The notes below the pieces were generated by a model that had not been told where the DNA came from, did no database searches, and saw only the letters and a program-made list of their open reading frames with translations. Both the position numbers and the translations under genes were made by a program. A DNA stretch of 64,000 bases from Marsupella aquatica. Lineage: Eukaryota > Plantae > Marchantiophyta. Positions 1-11,821 of the stretch are shown here, piece after piece (positions within the stretch are counted from its first letter, which is position 1; each line of letters starts with the position of its first letter). The stretch lies in NCBI GenBank assembly GCA_973895155.1, contig OZ316898.1, positions 14,166,330 through 14,230,329 of the forward strand. The letters are read 5' to 3'.

Positions 1-1599
1 GAGTTGGAACATTGGGGCCGGGATGGAGTTACGTACGGAAGGAATCTACTTTGAATGTCTCCAACGGGTAGTGCCCCATGTGGAGTTAGCTAAGCTTCTA
101 TTTCTGGAGAACCAAAAATTCTCATTCACACCTCGGAACATAAGGGGAGAGCTCACATTGACAATGGTGGCCGGTTGGGTGATTAATCCCACCTCCACTA
201 CTTCCATTCCTCTTTCCGCCGTCAAGGATGCTGAGCACAAGGGATTTCTGGCCAAGGTTCATCAACGGGTCCTTGGTAACGTGCAATCAAGGGTGGTGAA
301 TGGAGAGCACTTCGTGGTAGCTATGGACATCAAGAACTATCCAGCCCATGTGTACGGATGGTGGTACTACGGGTTGAAGAAGCTACTGGACGCCGATCCC
401 GGGAGTGTGAAACCAGGTGGGGCTGTACATTTGATGGGGTCATTTTTGCTAGCCAGAGCAGAAGGGTGGATTGTTTCCCCGGGACAGGAAGACACTGGAT
501 CATCCCTTACCACGGAAATCAGGAGTATTGCCACTACCATCTTGGGAAAACTAACGGAGGGATCATCCTCGGCGGTTGGAGATGATAATAGAGAGGAAGA
601 AAACCAGGATGAGGACTCCACATTGGAGTGGCTTGAATCACTTGTGGGAAATCTGGAGGAGCCCCTAGTCTATGACATTCCTGATGTCTACCTGGCGGAG
701 TTACGGGAATTCCGGGAGGGGGTCCATGAGGGACTCAAGCTAGTCCACGCATTGAGAGATTCTCTCAAGCAGGCCACCGCCAGAGTAGAGACTTTGGGGC
801 AGGGTGCCTTGTCTATGAAGGAGGTGATCAAGGCCAAGGAGGAGGCCATTCATGAGAAGGTTAAACTTCTCCAAGCAGCTCACGTAGAGATTTCCAACTT
901 GAAGGGAGCCTTGTCCACCAAGGCCAAGGAAGCGGAAGAGGTTGGAGTATTGAAATAAGCATTGGCCAAAGAGAAGCAGAATTCTAGAGAAATGGTGGAG
1001 TTAAGAGCCCAGGTGGGAGCACTACGGAGTCAGTTGGTGATCTTTGAGACAAGGGCTAAGAGGAGTGAAGCCTTGAGTCTGGGGAAACGGAAGAACCCCT
1101 GCACACCTAGCTCCACACTTTCCCCGGATTTGATCTCCAGGGCCATTGAGATGGTGGTGAAGGAAGTCAGTGGGAAGTATGGGCCCCTGTTGGATGCAGC
1201 CAAGAAGAGTCAAGAGAAAAGCAAGAGCTTAGAGAAGAAGCTCAGGGAGGTACGTAAATCGTTATGACACTAGTACATATTAAGCTGATTTCCGATGCTC
1301 AATTTTTGCGAACAATCGGCGTCCGATTCTTTTAGCATCGGAAATTCCGATTATCAAAAAATGGCAATATGCCATACTCTCGGCTTCGGATATCTTCATT
1401 TCCGATATAATTGACAACGGAACCTTTCCGATGCGTTAAAAAACGGATCATATCCGTTAGAAAGCACATCGGATCCCTCAACAGAAACTTTGATTGATAT
1501 GTCCGATGTTTTTTGTAACGAAAATGATGTGCGTTACAATATTGATCGGAAACTTTCCGTAGTTAATAATAACGGATATTATATCCGATTGTGCTAACA

Positions 1600-1780
1600 T
1601 GGCAAAGTCCGATGTTGGAAGAATGGGAAAGTCCGATGCTGGGAGTATGGGAAAGTCCGATGCTAGAAGAATGGGAAAGTCCGATGCTGGAAGAATGGGA
1701 GAGTCCGATGTGGGGAGTATGGGAAAGTCCGATGCTAGAAGAATGGGAAAGTCCGATGCTGGGAGTATGGGAAAGTCTGG
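1600..1780 (+). repeat. 21-bp tandem subterminal repeat (ATGGGAAAGTCCGATGCTRGRAG-like) of the CACTA element
   Basis: About 8 tandem units; they generate the spurious WESPML/MGKSDA ORFs. Confidence 0.9.
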
Positions 1781-2624
1781 TTATGACAAAAAGAAAATTT
1801 TTGATTGTGTTAGAATGAAAAGTTTTGATGTGTTAGATGGGGTATGTGGTTGCACCGACATACTCTTCCCAAAAGATGCAATCATTCTTGCATGCATGAA
1901 TAACTTCATACTTGAGGCAAATGGACTTGAGTGTTGTTTTTGCCTCATTCCAAGACCCAACATATTGTTCCCTTACGGAAATATGTGCTCAACATGCTAA
2001 GTCCAAAATACATCATCTAGAAGGAGGTTGCTTGTCCCATGTAGTCTTTGTTGCAAGTCCAACAACAACATAGTTGATAAAAGATGAGACAATCAGGAGC
2101 CATTGACGCTGAGGCTTTGGAAGGACCAAAATATCATCCATAACTAATAAGCCATAATTATCCCATATCAAATCTAATGAAGGAGGGCTTTACTATCGAT
2201 GAATGACCCCTGCCAGATTTCTATTGGTTTCTCCTAGGGGAATGTAATAGGGTAACTAGAATAGGTCACTTGATGCAAAGATCTAATCTCATGATAGAGA
2301 AAAATGGATCAAGAATGGGTCCAAATTATGGGTCTTAGTAAACTCACAAGTGTATAAAATCCCCAAACACTCTAAGTCAAACAACAAAAGTGCTAAGCTT
2401 GCATGTACAATGTAAGGAATAAGAACCACAAAGTTAAGCTCATGTTGGAGGAATAGCAATTGGGATGGGTGACCAATTAGTTGAGAAAATTTGAAGAGTT
2501 CACATGTCAAGGGAGATGGGCACCTAGCTCATAGTTCCAAATGAAAGTAGAAACCCAATTAAAGGAAGAGATGGGTGACCTGAGCATGTCGCGTCCGCTG
2601 AAATGCATATCCCATTTTGATTGC

Positions 2625-2810
2625 TTCGGACTTTCCCATTCTCCTAGCATCGGACTTTCCCATTCTCTCACCATCGGACTTTCCCATTCTCCTAGCATCG
2701 GACTTTCCCATTCTCTCACCATCGGACTTTCCCATTCTCCTAGCATCGGACTTTCCCATTCTCCCACCATCGGACTTTCCCATTCTCCCACCATCGGACT
2801 TTCCGATAGA
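2625..2810 (-). repeat. Inverted counterpart of the 21-bp subterminal repeat array
   Basis: About 8 units of CATCGGACTTTCCCATTCTCY, the reverse complement of the left array. Confidence 0.9.
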
Positions 2811-4150
2811 AGTCCGATTGTCGATATCCGATACTATTAAAATGGCATGTTGCGATGCTAGTAGTATCGGATATATGGTTTTTCAAATTTTATTTTACAA
2901 AGGCGTCCGATGTGGAGAGAATCAGAAAAAGGAGGTAAAATATACTAGTGTGAGAGGCTCAGGTCAACACGGGGACCCCGGGGATGCCGCCCCGATCTGT
3001 CACCCCTGGGACTCCCATGGCCACCGGACAGGTTTTACCGTTGGAGTTGCGGTCCGGTGAAGAGGCGGCCTTATGGAAGGACACCATTGGTGAGGGGTAC
3101 ATTAAGGCGTGGCAGGGCTTGGCCAATTTGAGAAAGCAGGGGAACATGAGCACAAGGAGTACCCCGGTAAAGAAGAAGAGGAGTGAAGTGGCACTCACTC
3201 CAGTGGAGAGTGATGAGGAGACCAACTCACGGGGCTCAAGCCATGGCACCGTGAGTGAGGATGAGGAGGACTAGGGTGGTCGTACGGACGTGGTTGTATG
3301 GCCCCTGGACTTTCCAACCTTTTTTGAGGGGTCACTCACGGGCTTGTTGGAAAGAGCTCGCGGAGCTGATTCCAACAAGGGGCGGCGCTCCTCAAACGGA
3401 GCCAGGATGAGCAGGTTATGGCCCGGCGAAGTTGTGGTTACGGGATACGGAAACGGCCATAACTTGGTCGTCCGATGTCGGTTTCGAGAGCGGTTGAGTG
3501 ATTCGCGATCAGGAGGGGGAGAGCTATCCAGGGGTGAACTCAGAAGTGCAAGTGGAAGGGAACCTAGTTTCGGCCATTGTGGGGTCCCTTGTTTTTTTTC
3601 GCGGTTCACGGAGCGATGTTGGGGCACCGTCGGTCCCATAGTTAGTTTAGGGTTTTAGAATCATGTGTGTGCCGCATGCTTTTAGTTTAGGGGTTTCTTA
3701 GTGAAGGGTTTAGCGGCGCCGCTAGGGTAAGCCGCCATCATTGTGGCCCCGTGAGGGGTGCTTTGGTGTGTTTTTTGGTATTTAGGGGGAGAGCCCCGGA
3801 GTAGTGTGGGGGGGAACTCAGCGTAGTGCTTGGATGCTTTGGAGTAGCTTTTGTGAGTAGCGCACCGATTAGGAGAAGTTCAAGCCAGAGTAGTGAGGTG
3901 GAGAACGTAGCACTTGTCCTCGGGAGGCAGGAGTTGGGCAGACGGCAGGAGGCCGGGTTGTCCTTGCATGTGTTACGGGAAACACCAAGAGATATGGATT
4001 TGGCTCGAGGTTCCAATATTTTGTGTGTCACTTGTTGTTGCTTGTGTTGTTTGTTTTCCTCCCCTAGTGCGTGTGGTCGGTGTCGTTGTGGAAACATTTG
4101 CCCTTGTCACTAGTGTTCAAATCTTATTGTAAACGTTTGAATACTTGCCC

Positions 4151-4330
4151 AAGAGAGGAGGGGGGTGGTGACAGCACTCACCTGGTGGGCATGAGTTGTA
4201 GATGGTAGGACCAGTCCCTTGGACTTGATCAAAAACGGAGAGACCAGTAGGTAGACTTGATCAAAAAGTACACTTTCGGGAGCGGAATCAAACATACTCA
4301 TCCTTAGGTGTGCAAATCCTCCAAATAGCA
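4151..4330 (+). mobile_element. Possible polypurine tract followed by the start of a 3' LTR
   Basis: AAGAGAGGAGGGGGG directly followed by TG, downstream of the retro-like ORF. No second LTR was found. Confidence 0.3.
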
Positions 4331-4652
4331 TCCCTCCACGACCCCGTAATACGATACCAACGGTTTAAGCGAAGAAAAGTACGGTTTGCAAGTATTAATC
4401 GTTGGATAGGCAAGTGACAGGGGAATAAACACCCTAAAATTTAAATCAATAAAGTTTTTTTTAGGAATTTTTTCACCCCTAACCCCATATTTGATAATAA
4501 AAAACCCTATGATTATTATAATTCTCAAAATTGGATTAAAATAACCCTAATGTTCTTAAACAAAAATTTAAAAGTATTTCACTAAACCCAATAAAAAACC
4601 CTATACTTATTCGCGCGTGGTGGGTCGAAAGAAAAGAAGTGAGGACCCCGGG
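4330..4652 (-). mobile_element. MITE or fragment sharing the left end of the P-like element at 30351
   Basis: The reverse complement of its end reads CCCGGGGTCCTCACTT...CGACCCA-CA-GCGCGAATAAGTATAGGGTTTTT, near-identical to 30351-30410. The other boundary is approximate. Confidence 0.65.
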
Positions 4653-4889
4653 CTTTGAGGATGGGAAGGGGTTGTTTGCTTTGGAAGTACTGATGTGTGT
4701 CCAATATGTGTCCGATGTTATTTGAATGGGATATGGTATGGGACTTTAGTTTTTTACAATGTCTAGGTTGCATGGAATTAATGGATTCAGATATGGAGCA
4801 TACTTTAAGCAATAGATATGTATACTGCATGAAATTGTGGACAATGAGAAAAATCATAGAATGCCGATAAAAAGATAATGCCGATAAAA

Positions 4890-5340
4890 ATATACATGAA
4901 GATGGTGGGGTCTACAATTTATACTAACTTGTGGGGACTGTATGTCTCTATCTTCCACTACAATTACGTTGGGTCTCTCTTGGACTATGGACCGTGATCT
5001 GGGAATATACGTCATGACAATGGACCACTCGGGGTCATTGGGATAGGGTACAGGTAAAAGCATTGCTCAAGGTGATGTGGGAAGGCAAAGGGATTTGAGG
5101 ACCTCCAATTGGAACTGATGACATTATTTGCGTATGTCTTCAAACAAGTAAAATTGCATGCATCATCTTCACAAGTACGATTGTGGCCTACAAGATTCAT
5201 CTTGAACCATTTGCACTTGAATACCACTTCCTCCAAAGTAGTATGTGCATGGTACTTCACTGTTAGGATCAAAACGGGGGGCGTTTTTGGATGGCAAAGG
5301 TTACCAAAATACTGACCAAGGTTGATGAAGTGCCTGACAA
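4890..5340 (-). pseudogene. CACTA TnpD transposase C-terminal fragment (DUF4216-like)
   Basis: VVFKCKWF...DDACNF...PFAFPHHLEQCF/...PNDPEWSIV resembles the FKCxW...PF...Q.FY..DP...W.VV pattern; frameshifted. Confidence 0.65.
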
Positions 5341-5499
5341 CATTGGTATCCTAAAACAATGGATTTTGAGGAGCTATCGGCAATTGAAGGAAAATTAATA
5401 TTATCCTAAACCCTAAACCCTAAACAAAGCTCTACATGGAGAGATATGTCTTCCAAAACTGCAATTTATGCCTATAATTTTTCTTTGAATGCAAACAAC

Positions 5500-5795
5500 C
5501 TTGGGAGTCTCACTATATTTTGGACTCCCCATCACCTGCGACATTTTTAGGCCTCAGACCCCCTAAAATGTAAGAAAAAATTGTTTTTTTCAACCCCTAT
5601 AAAATTGAAATATTCTTGAAATATTCCAAAATTTTGGTTAGAAAGGTCCTATTGTTCTTATAAGTCTCAAAATTGGATTTAAAAGACCTTGTTGTTTTTA
5701 TGAGAAAATTCTTAAGTCTTCCTTTTGAACTAATAAAATGGCCCTATCCTTTGTCGCACGTGATGTGCCATTTTTGTGGAAGTGAAACCCCTGAG
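5500..5795 (-). mobile_element. ~300-bp MITE, CTCGGGGG-TIR family
   Basis: TSD CAAACAAC at 5492-5499 and 5796-5803; reverse-complement copy of 31574-31870. Confidence 0.85.
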
Positions 5796-7168
5796 CAAAC
5801 AACACCTTGTGGCCAAGAGAAACACAAAGAATTATTCAGGCATCCGTGCTAAATGTCTAACTCGAGGAAATCATGTAATAGATTGGTGGCTTAATTTTTT
5901 GTTATCGTAACAAATGTGATTTTTGGTATCTACATAGTATTTTATCATAAACAAATGGTTTTTATGTACATATTTTTGAATGGTGAAGTAACAAATATAT
6001 TTCAGAGTCAAACGTGTATCAATAATTTTCTAGTGAAAATAAATTTGCATATCTCTCAAATGTCTCAAACACTCCTCGCAAATCGAAGATCCTTTTTCTT
6101 TGCTTGCATGAACTCCAAATACAAATTATGACAGGCCCTGAGTTTATCAGTATTTGTCATTGTCTTCCTGTACTCTTGGTCTTTGTTGTGATGCCAGCCC
6201 AGTTTTTGAAACTCTGGTGCTGAGAGGCCAGCTTAAATCCATGCTTCACTTCTCGAAATATCTTTTCCCCATATGTTTATTGTTCAAACAACTCATTTTT
6301 TGCCCATGCACCATGATTTCTGCCAATCACTCTATACTTCCCCCAATACTTCCTTGATTGGTGGGAAATCACTTGGGTCCATATGAAGAAAGAGATTTGA
6401 TATTCTCCACATGTAAATGATCCACCAGACAGATTAGGGTAGATTCATCAGATCCTTTGTCAAGAATGTCACACTTAAAATTATAACAATAGTTTGCAGT
6501 ACTCTACAACTTGCCATCAACTCCACAAGATCCAAGCAATGGGCATTGATCTTGTACTTTAATTTCAAGTGTGGTATACACAAAAAACATCTTAGGATGA
6601 GGTTCCAAAGAATGAGGAAAACAAAAGGATTATAAACAATGGTGGGGAGGTTTCATCCGGTACCGGTATCAAAACTTTCATAGCATAACATGAGTGTCCT
6701 AACTGCCTTAAAGTCATCCGCAAAAGAGGTCAGTGATGCATGATAATCACAAGAGAGTTCATGAGGATGTTGCAATTGAAACTTAAATCCAAAATATCAT
6801 CAACCACTTTCTTTGGACTATTGAACAATTAAAAATTACTTACAATGTCTTGTTGAAGAATTTCAACTTTTGAAGCTCTCTTGATGCGGCTGTTGTGTTT
6901 CTCCCTTCTTGGACCTCACTCAAATGTTGGGTTTCCACTGCCCCAATTGTGTCATCATCAAAGGTCAAACGATGTAGTTAGGGGAACCGGGGAATTGTGG
7001 CCGTCGCTACCCAAACTGCAAATTGAAGACAATATTGATTATGTTTTTGGATTTGAACTGCGGACGCAACACAAATTTTAGAGTGAAGACAATATGGATC
7101 ATGTCTTAAATTGGATTTGAATTTTTACTATATTGCGGAATAGTCATAGGGCTTACTTTTGTTGAAGT

Positions 7169-7459
7169 CTCAGGGTTTCATATGGCACATCATGTGCGAC
7201 GAATGATAGGGTGATTTTATTGGTTTGAAGGGAAGACTTAAGAATTTTTGCGGAAAAACATTCAATAGAGTCTTTTAAATTCAATTTTGAGACTTATAAG
7301 AACATTAGGGTCTTTCTAACCAAATTTTTGGAATATTCTAAGAATATTCCAACTTTATAGAGGTTGAAAAATTAAAAAACATTTCTTACATTTTAGGGGG
7401 TCCGAGGCCTAAAAACGTCGCAGGGGATGGGGAGGCATCCATATAGTGAGACCCCCAAG
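7169..7459 (+). mobile_element. MITE, CTCGGGGG-TIR family (older copy)
   Basis: Body homologous to 31574-31870; degenerate 8-bp TSD GTTGAAGT/ATTGAAAT. Confidence 0.8.
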
Positions 7460-7492
7460 ATTGAAATATGACGTCATCCTTCATGACAATAC

Positions 7493-8129
7493 CTTGGGGG
7501 TTTCACTTCCACAAAAATGGCATATCACGTGGGACAAAGTATAGGGTCATTTTATTGGAGGTTCGATGGGAAGACTTGAGAATTTTATGTGAAAAACAAT
7601 AGGGTTTTTTAAATCCAATTTTGAGACTTATAAGAACAATTACTGTCCTTATAACCAAAATTTTGGAATATTCCAAGAATATTCAAACTTTATAGGGGTT
7701 GAAAAATATTTTTTTCCTTACATTTTAGGGGGTCCGAGGCCTAAAAACCTCGGGGGGGTCACTTCCATGGAAGTGACACATCACGTGCGACAAAGTATTG
7801 GCCCATTTAGATGGGTGTGGCAGAAGACTTCTAAAGTTTGGTGGAAGAACACATAGGGCATGTTTTATTGACTGGTACGTTGACTTTAAAGAACACATAG
7901 GCTTATTTAATTGTAAAAAAAAATCTTTAAAGTTTTTAGGGGTTTTTTAGTAAAAAATGACAAAATTTAAAGAAAGAAAGGGTTTTGCAAAAAAGAATTT
8001 TTCACTTATAAGTTAGGGGGGTCAAACTCTAAAACGTCACATGCGATGTATGGCCCTCCATATAGTGACCCCCCGAGCCTAAAAACGTCGCAAGTGATGG
8101 GGAGGCATCCATATAGTGAGACCCCCAAG
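7493..8129 (+). mobile_element. MITE, CTCGGGGG-TIR family, containing a nested related MITE
   Basis: Ends CTTGGGGG...CCCCCAAG; TSD GACAATAC/GATGATAC, both derivable from GACGATAC by CpG decay. Confidence 0.8.
7749..8077 (+). mobile_element. Nested MITE (sister subfamily)
   Basis: Ends CTCGGGGGGGTCACT...AGTGACCCCCCGAG; duplication CCTAAAAAC at 7740-7748 and 8078-8086. Confidence 0.85.
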
Positions 8130-8448
8130 GATGATACAATCATGACTCATACCATGCACACGTAGTTGACACAATCCATACGTGGTTCACCCAAGGATTC
8201 ACCTCTTCTCCAAGGCTATGTCCACACGAACACTCCAACTTTACTTCAGAGTAGTCGAGCACACAAGCTCTCTCTCTTCCTTAAGTTGCTCCGTTATAAT
8301 GAGTAAGCACCACTTACCATCGGCTTACACTAGCCCTGGCTGGTATATATATGCAAGGTCACACATGACTAACCTAACCTCATCTAAGTCCTTAACTGAG
8401 GTTAACCTAATTGTCGTAACCTTTGAGTCACAAGACTAAGAGCAATCC

Positions 8449-9290
8449 TTAACAACTTTCATAATGGGATGATCGCTTCCTTCTCGAGTGGCTCCCTGAA
8501 GCACCTCCACTTACCGCTGCACCGAACAATGGTTGGCCCTCTTCCTCACCCAATCCTTGGCAAGTCTCTTTGTGCTGACCACCGGTTCCACTTTTACTTC
8601 CAAATTTTGTTCCACCGGCCCGTACGTCCACCAATTGATCTCCCTCACGATCTTTGCCAACCTGATCCTGTTGTGTAAAGCTCCCACATACTTACCTTTG
8701 TGGTACCCTGCTTGACTTTCAATTTTAGTGTCTTCTTGAAATCCAGTCCAAAAATCTTCTTATACTCCGCCTAAACTTGTGGCAGCAGCACTTTGTCACA
8801 ATTCGCAACATATTTCTCAAACCAGTTGGGGGGTCAATTATAAATTGCAAGAGAAAATATTTATCAACTCCTTGAAAACTGCATCCTCTAGGTGTGCTTC
8901 CATCGCCTTCAAGAAAAAATAATCCACATCAAGAATATTAATAGAAGTGAACGGCTTGGTCCTCGCCATACAATCAAGAGGTTTAAAGCCTGGTTTGCTT
9001 CTTTATCTTTCCCTCTTCCCTTCACGTACTCACAAATTGCAAATGCTACAACCGGACCAAATAAAAGGGTAACCTTCTCAGACTTCTTGAATCAAACCCA
9101 CAAAAGGAGTTTCTCAATTTCCTTAAAGTTAGGAAACATCCCGATAGCGTCTCGCACATGCTAGTTCTTCTTCAGGAATTTTTGCTTATCACAAATCTCC
9201 GTTCTGCTAGATTGAAGAGCAGAGGCTGCTCATCAAACTCTCATCATCTTGAGAACCACTCCTCTGACTGGGGGCCATTGTCATGGATTG
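8449..9290 (-). pseudogene. Heavily degraded TE-type ORF remnant
   Basis: Coding-like composition with multiple stops and frameshifts; no family motif recognised. Confidence 0.25.
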
Positions 9291-9369
9291 GAGGGGTAGG
9301 TGCAATCAAGTAATTAATATACTTAATGATATAGTATCATTTGTCTCTTTGGAGTAGGCCTTCTGAACT

Positions 9370-10361
9370 GGAAGTCCTTAGTAAGAGATGTGAAATAACT
9401 TCAGGCGTCTGCTAATATTTTGCACGCAACTACATTTTTCCTTTTATGTCGTTTGTCATGTTGTATCAAGTCTATTTTTATGTCATCTGTGTGGGTCAGA
9501 CTATACAGCGCAAATATGTACGTCATCCCTCAAGTATCACACAAGCCTGTACATGACATATTTCTAGCTTATAGAGTGCTTTGGACCTGTAATTGTGTTG
9601 GAAGCAAGGACATGCCAGAGATGACTTGATGGGGTTTCCATCTATGTTATATCATTCTAGGTGACATAGATTGAACTGTTATATTGTGACAGAACCAGTA
9701 AATTACCATGTTATGAATGATGTTAATTTATCTATGAGGCAACAAAATAATCTCATAACATCATTTGCCACAACTCTAAAGAGGTTACTTCTTACGTCAT
9801 CTGTGATGTTACTTTACCTTGTCTGAGGCATTATTGTAATCATCTGAGACACTACTTTACTTTGTCTGAGACATTAATTTGCGGTCCCAAGCTATGTTAA
9901 AACTCTGCAAACTCTTGAGTTTAAGTTCCCAGATTCATCTTTGTTGCAATGTCATAGGCACCATTATTTCCATGGTTCCACACGAAGTACATTAGGCCAC
10001 TCTAGAGGACTTACATTATTTAGTCTTATAATGTTAGCCACAACGCAAGTTACAATGCACAGTTCAACTTTAAATCCACTCTGTCTAAAATAACAAACAA
10101 TGAGAATATAATGTGTGGAACACCGTTAAAGTATCACAATTGTGACAACATAAATTGTCTCACTCAACATACACATGAAAGTGGAAAGACATCTCACACA
10201 ACATAGCTTTGTTATATGTAGATCTGAATGACATCAAGTGACCCAACCACATTTGCATCTGTAATAATGACAGCTATAATTGTGTCTGGCGGTTTGACAA
10301 GGCCCTCATTAAGAGATGTGAAATTACTTCAGGTGTCTATTAATGTTGTGCAGAACTAGTG
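9370..10361 (-). mobile_element. Probable CACTA terminus with subterminal repeats
   Basis: Ends in ACTAGTG at 10361. A ~40-bp direct repeat (TAAGAGATGTGAAATWACTTCAGGYGTCT) lies at ~9382 and ~10310. The partner end and TSD were not found. Confidence 0.35.
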
Positions 10362-11821
10362 TCTGTATATACTACTATTATTAAGCGACCCCTTCTGGTA
10401 GCTGCAGTAGAATAGATTAAGTGGTAGCACTTGTAGAGGATATGTATTTTAATTTTGAAAGTTAGTTTAGGCACTATTCTGTAAGGCAAACGGTGTCCAA
10501 CCAAAGCAAAAGTGAAACCCTTTCAATGATTCCGTTTACATTTCTCCAACTTCCCCTCATCTCAGTCGCCAAAATCATTGACGTATCCTCATGAAGGACA
10601 CCATCCTAGCCAAACTAACGATTTGTCTCTGAGCGTTTCCACAGTAATATTGTCCATTCGCCTTAGAAACAATATCTTAGAAATAGCAGGCTAAAACAAC
10701 CCCGGGTACACTGGCATACAACTGCAACTTTTCATTAAAGTGTATCTGGCAGCACGAAGGGTAGTAACCATCAGCTTACTCGAATAGGTTACCAAACAGC
10801 CCAGCTGTACCTGTGTTGCAGACTTTTAGAACAGAAACCATATTCAAAGGGAATACATGGATAAAATAAATTCTATACTCTCCTAATCCAGGATTTGAAG
10901 CATACAAACAAGGCTTCCACGGTGCAGAAAGCAATTAAGCTTTAGAAAGCTGGATGGGACTACCATTAATTTTCGGGTATTGATGTCAGTCCTTGATCCC
11001 ACTAGTGTGAGAAAAACTGTCGCCTCCTTATCAGCAGGCACGCACTTTGCTTATACATTCTCACATTGAGTTCTAATCAACAAGAGGAACGAATACAGCT
11101 TGAATTTCTCACCTGCCTTAGGCTTGCTGTTATCGATAACAAGAGACCAACTGCTGACTGTCTGTGAGATGATAGTGCATGAACCGCCCTCAATATTATG
11201 CCAGGCTAGACTATCTAACCGTAAAGTTGGGCTTACTGATTGGCACAACCTGCAGACTTCCAGAGACACATCCGTAGACCTTGCCTCAAACCGAATTAAA
11301 TATCATCCACGTGAATGCCATATCACTGGTTACTGAAGTTTTCCATTATTCTACTGTGAGAAAGAGATCAAATGTGAATTCCTCACCTACATCACCATTT
11401 TCGCCCTCTTAGCTCAAGCCCAGAATAGTTTTCATTGCTCATGATTGCTTGAAACCAAAGACCTGCAGTTGCAACAGAGATATCCATGGTGTTCATTCCA
11501 TGTTAACGTTACGTACTTTCCCCACAAAAGCTCAGTCACAGACAAGTTGTCATCCAGTGGCATAATCTCCACTGCAGGACCGTGACTGTATCTGCGAAAG
11601 CAGGGATTCTTCTCTTCAGCGTCGTCTTCTTCTCCAGGTCAAAATTCTGAATCGTGAATGTGCGCGGCATGGAGGTCTCGCCTGTCTAGCCGAAGATGTC
11701 TTGAAGTTCGGAGAAGGCATGGAACATATCACCATTGTAGAAGGAAGCTTTCATGCCAATGAGGAAGATTTCGCTCCCACAATTCTATCAACCAGCCCAC
11801 CTTAAATCTCCATGGCAAAGA

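Larger units (their letters stand above)
1268..2950. mobile_element. Non-autonomous CACTA (En/Spm) element, 1.68 kb
   Basis: Ends CACTAGTA...TACTAGTG; 3-bp TSD TGA at 1265-1267 and 2951-2953; many TCCGAT subterminal motifs in opposite orientation at the two ends. Confidence 0.9.
23..3274 (+). pseudogene. Disrupted TE accessory ORF with C-terminal coiled coil, probably of LTR-retrotransposon origin; split by a CACTA insertion
   Basis: ORFs 23-958 and 962-1267 are in one frame, separated by TAA. Removing the CACTA (1268-2950) and one TSD copy joins this frame to ORF 2984-3274 through a single TGA. No recognisable enzymatic domain. Confidence 0.5.

Noticed and set aside
1591-2840. Regular 21-bp repeats as a CRISPR array or repeat-protein genes
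   Set aside because: There are no unique spacers and no cas genes, and the context is eukaryotic. They are CACTA subterminal repeats and the ORFs are by-products.
10362-10400. Helitron-like 5' end (TCTGTATATACTACTATTATTAAG)
   Set aside because: No matching 3' hairpin-CTRR end could be identified.
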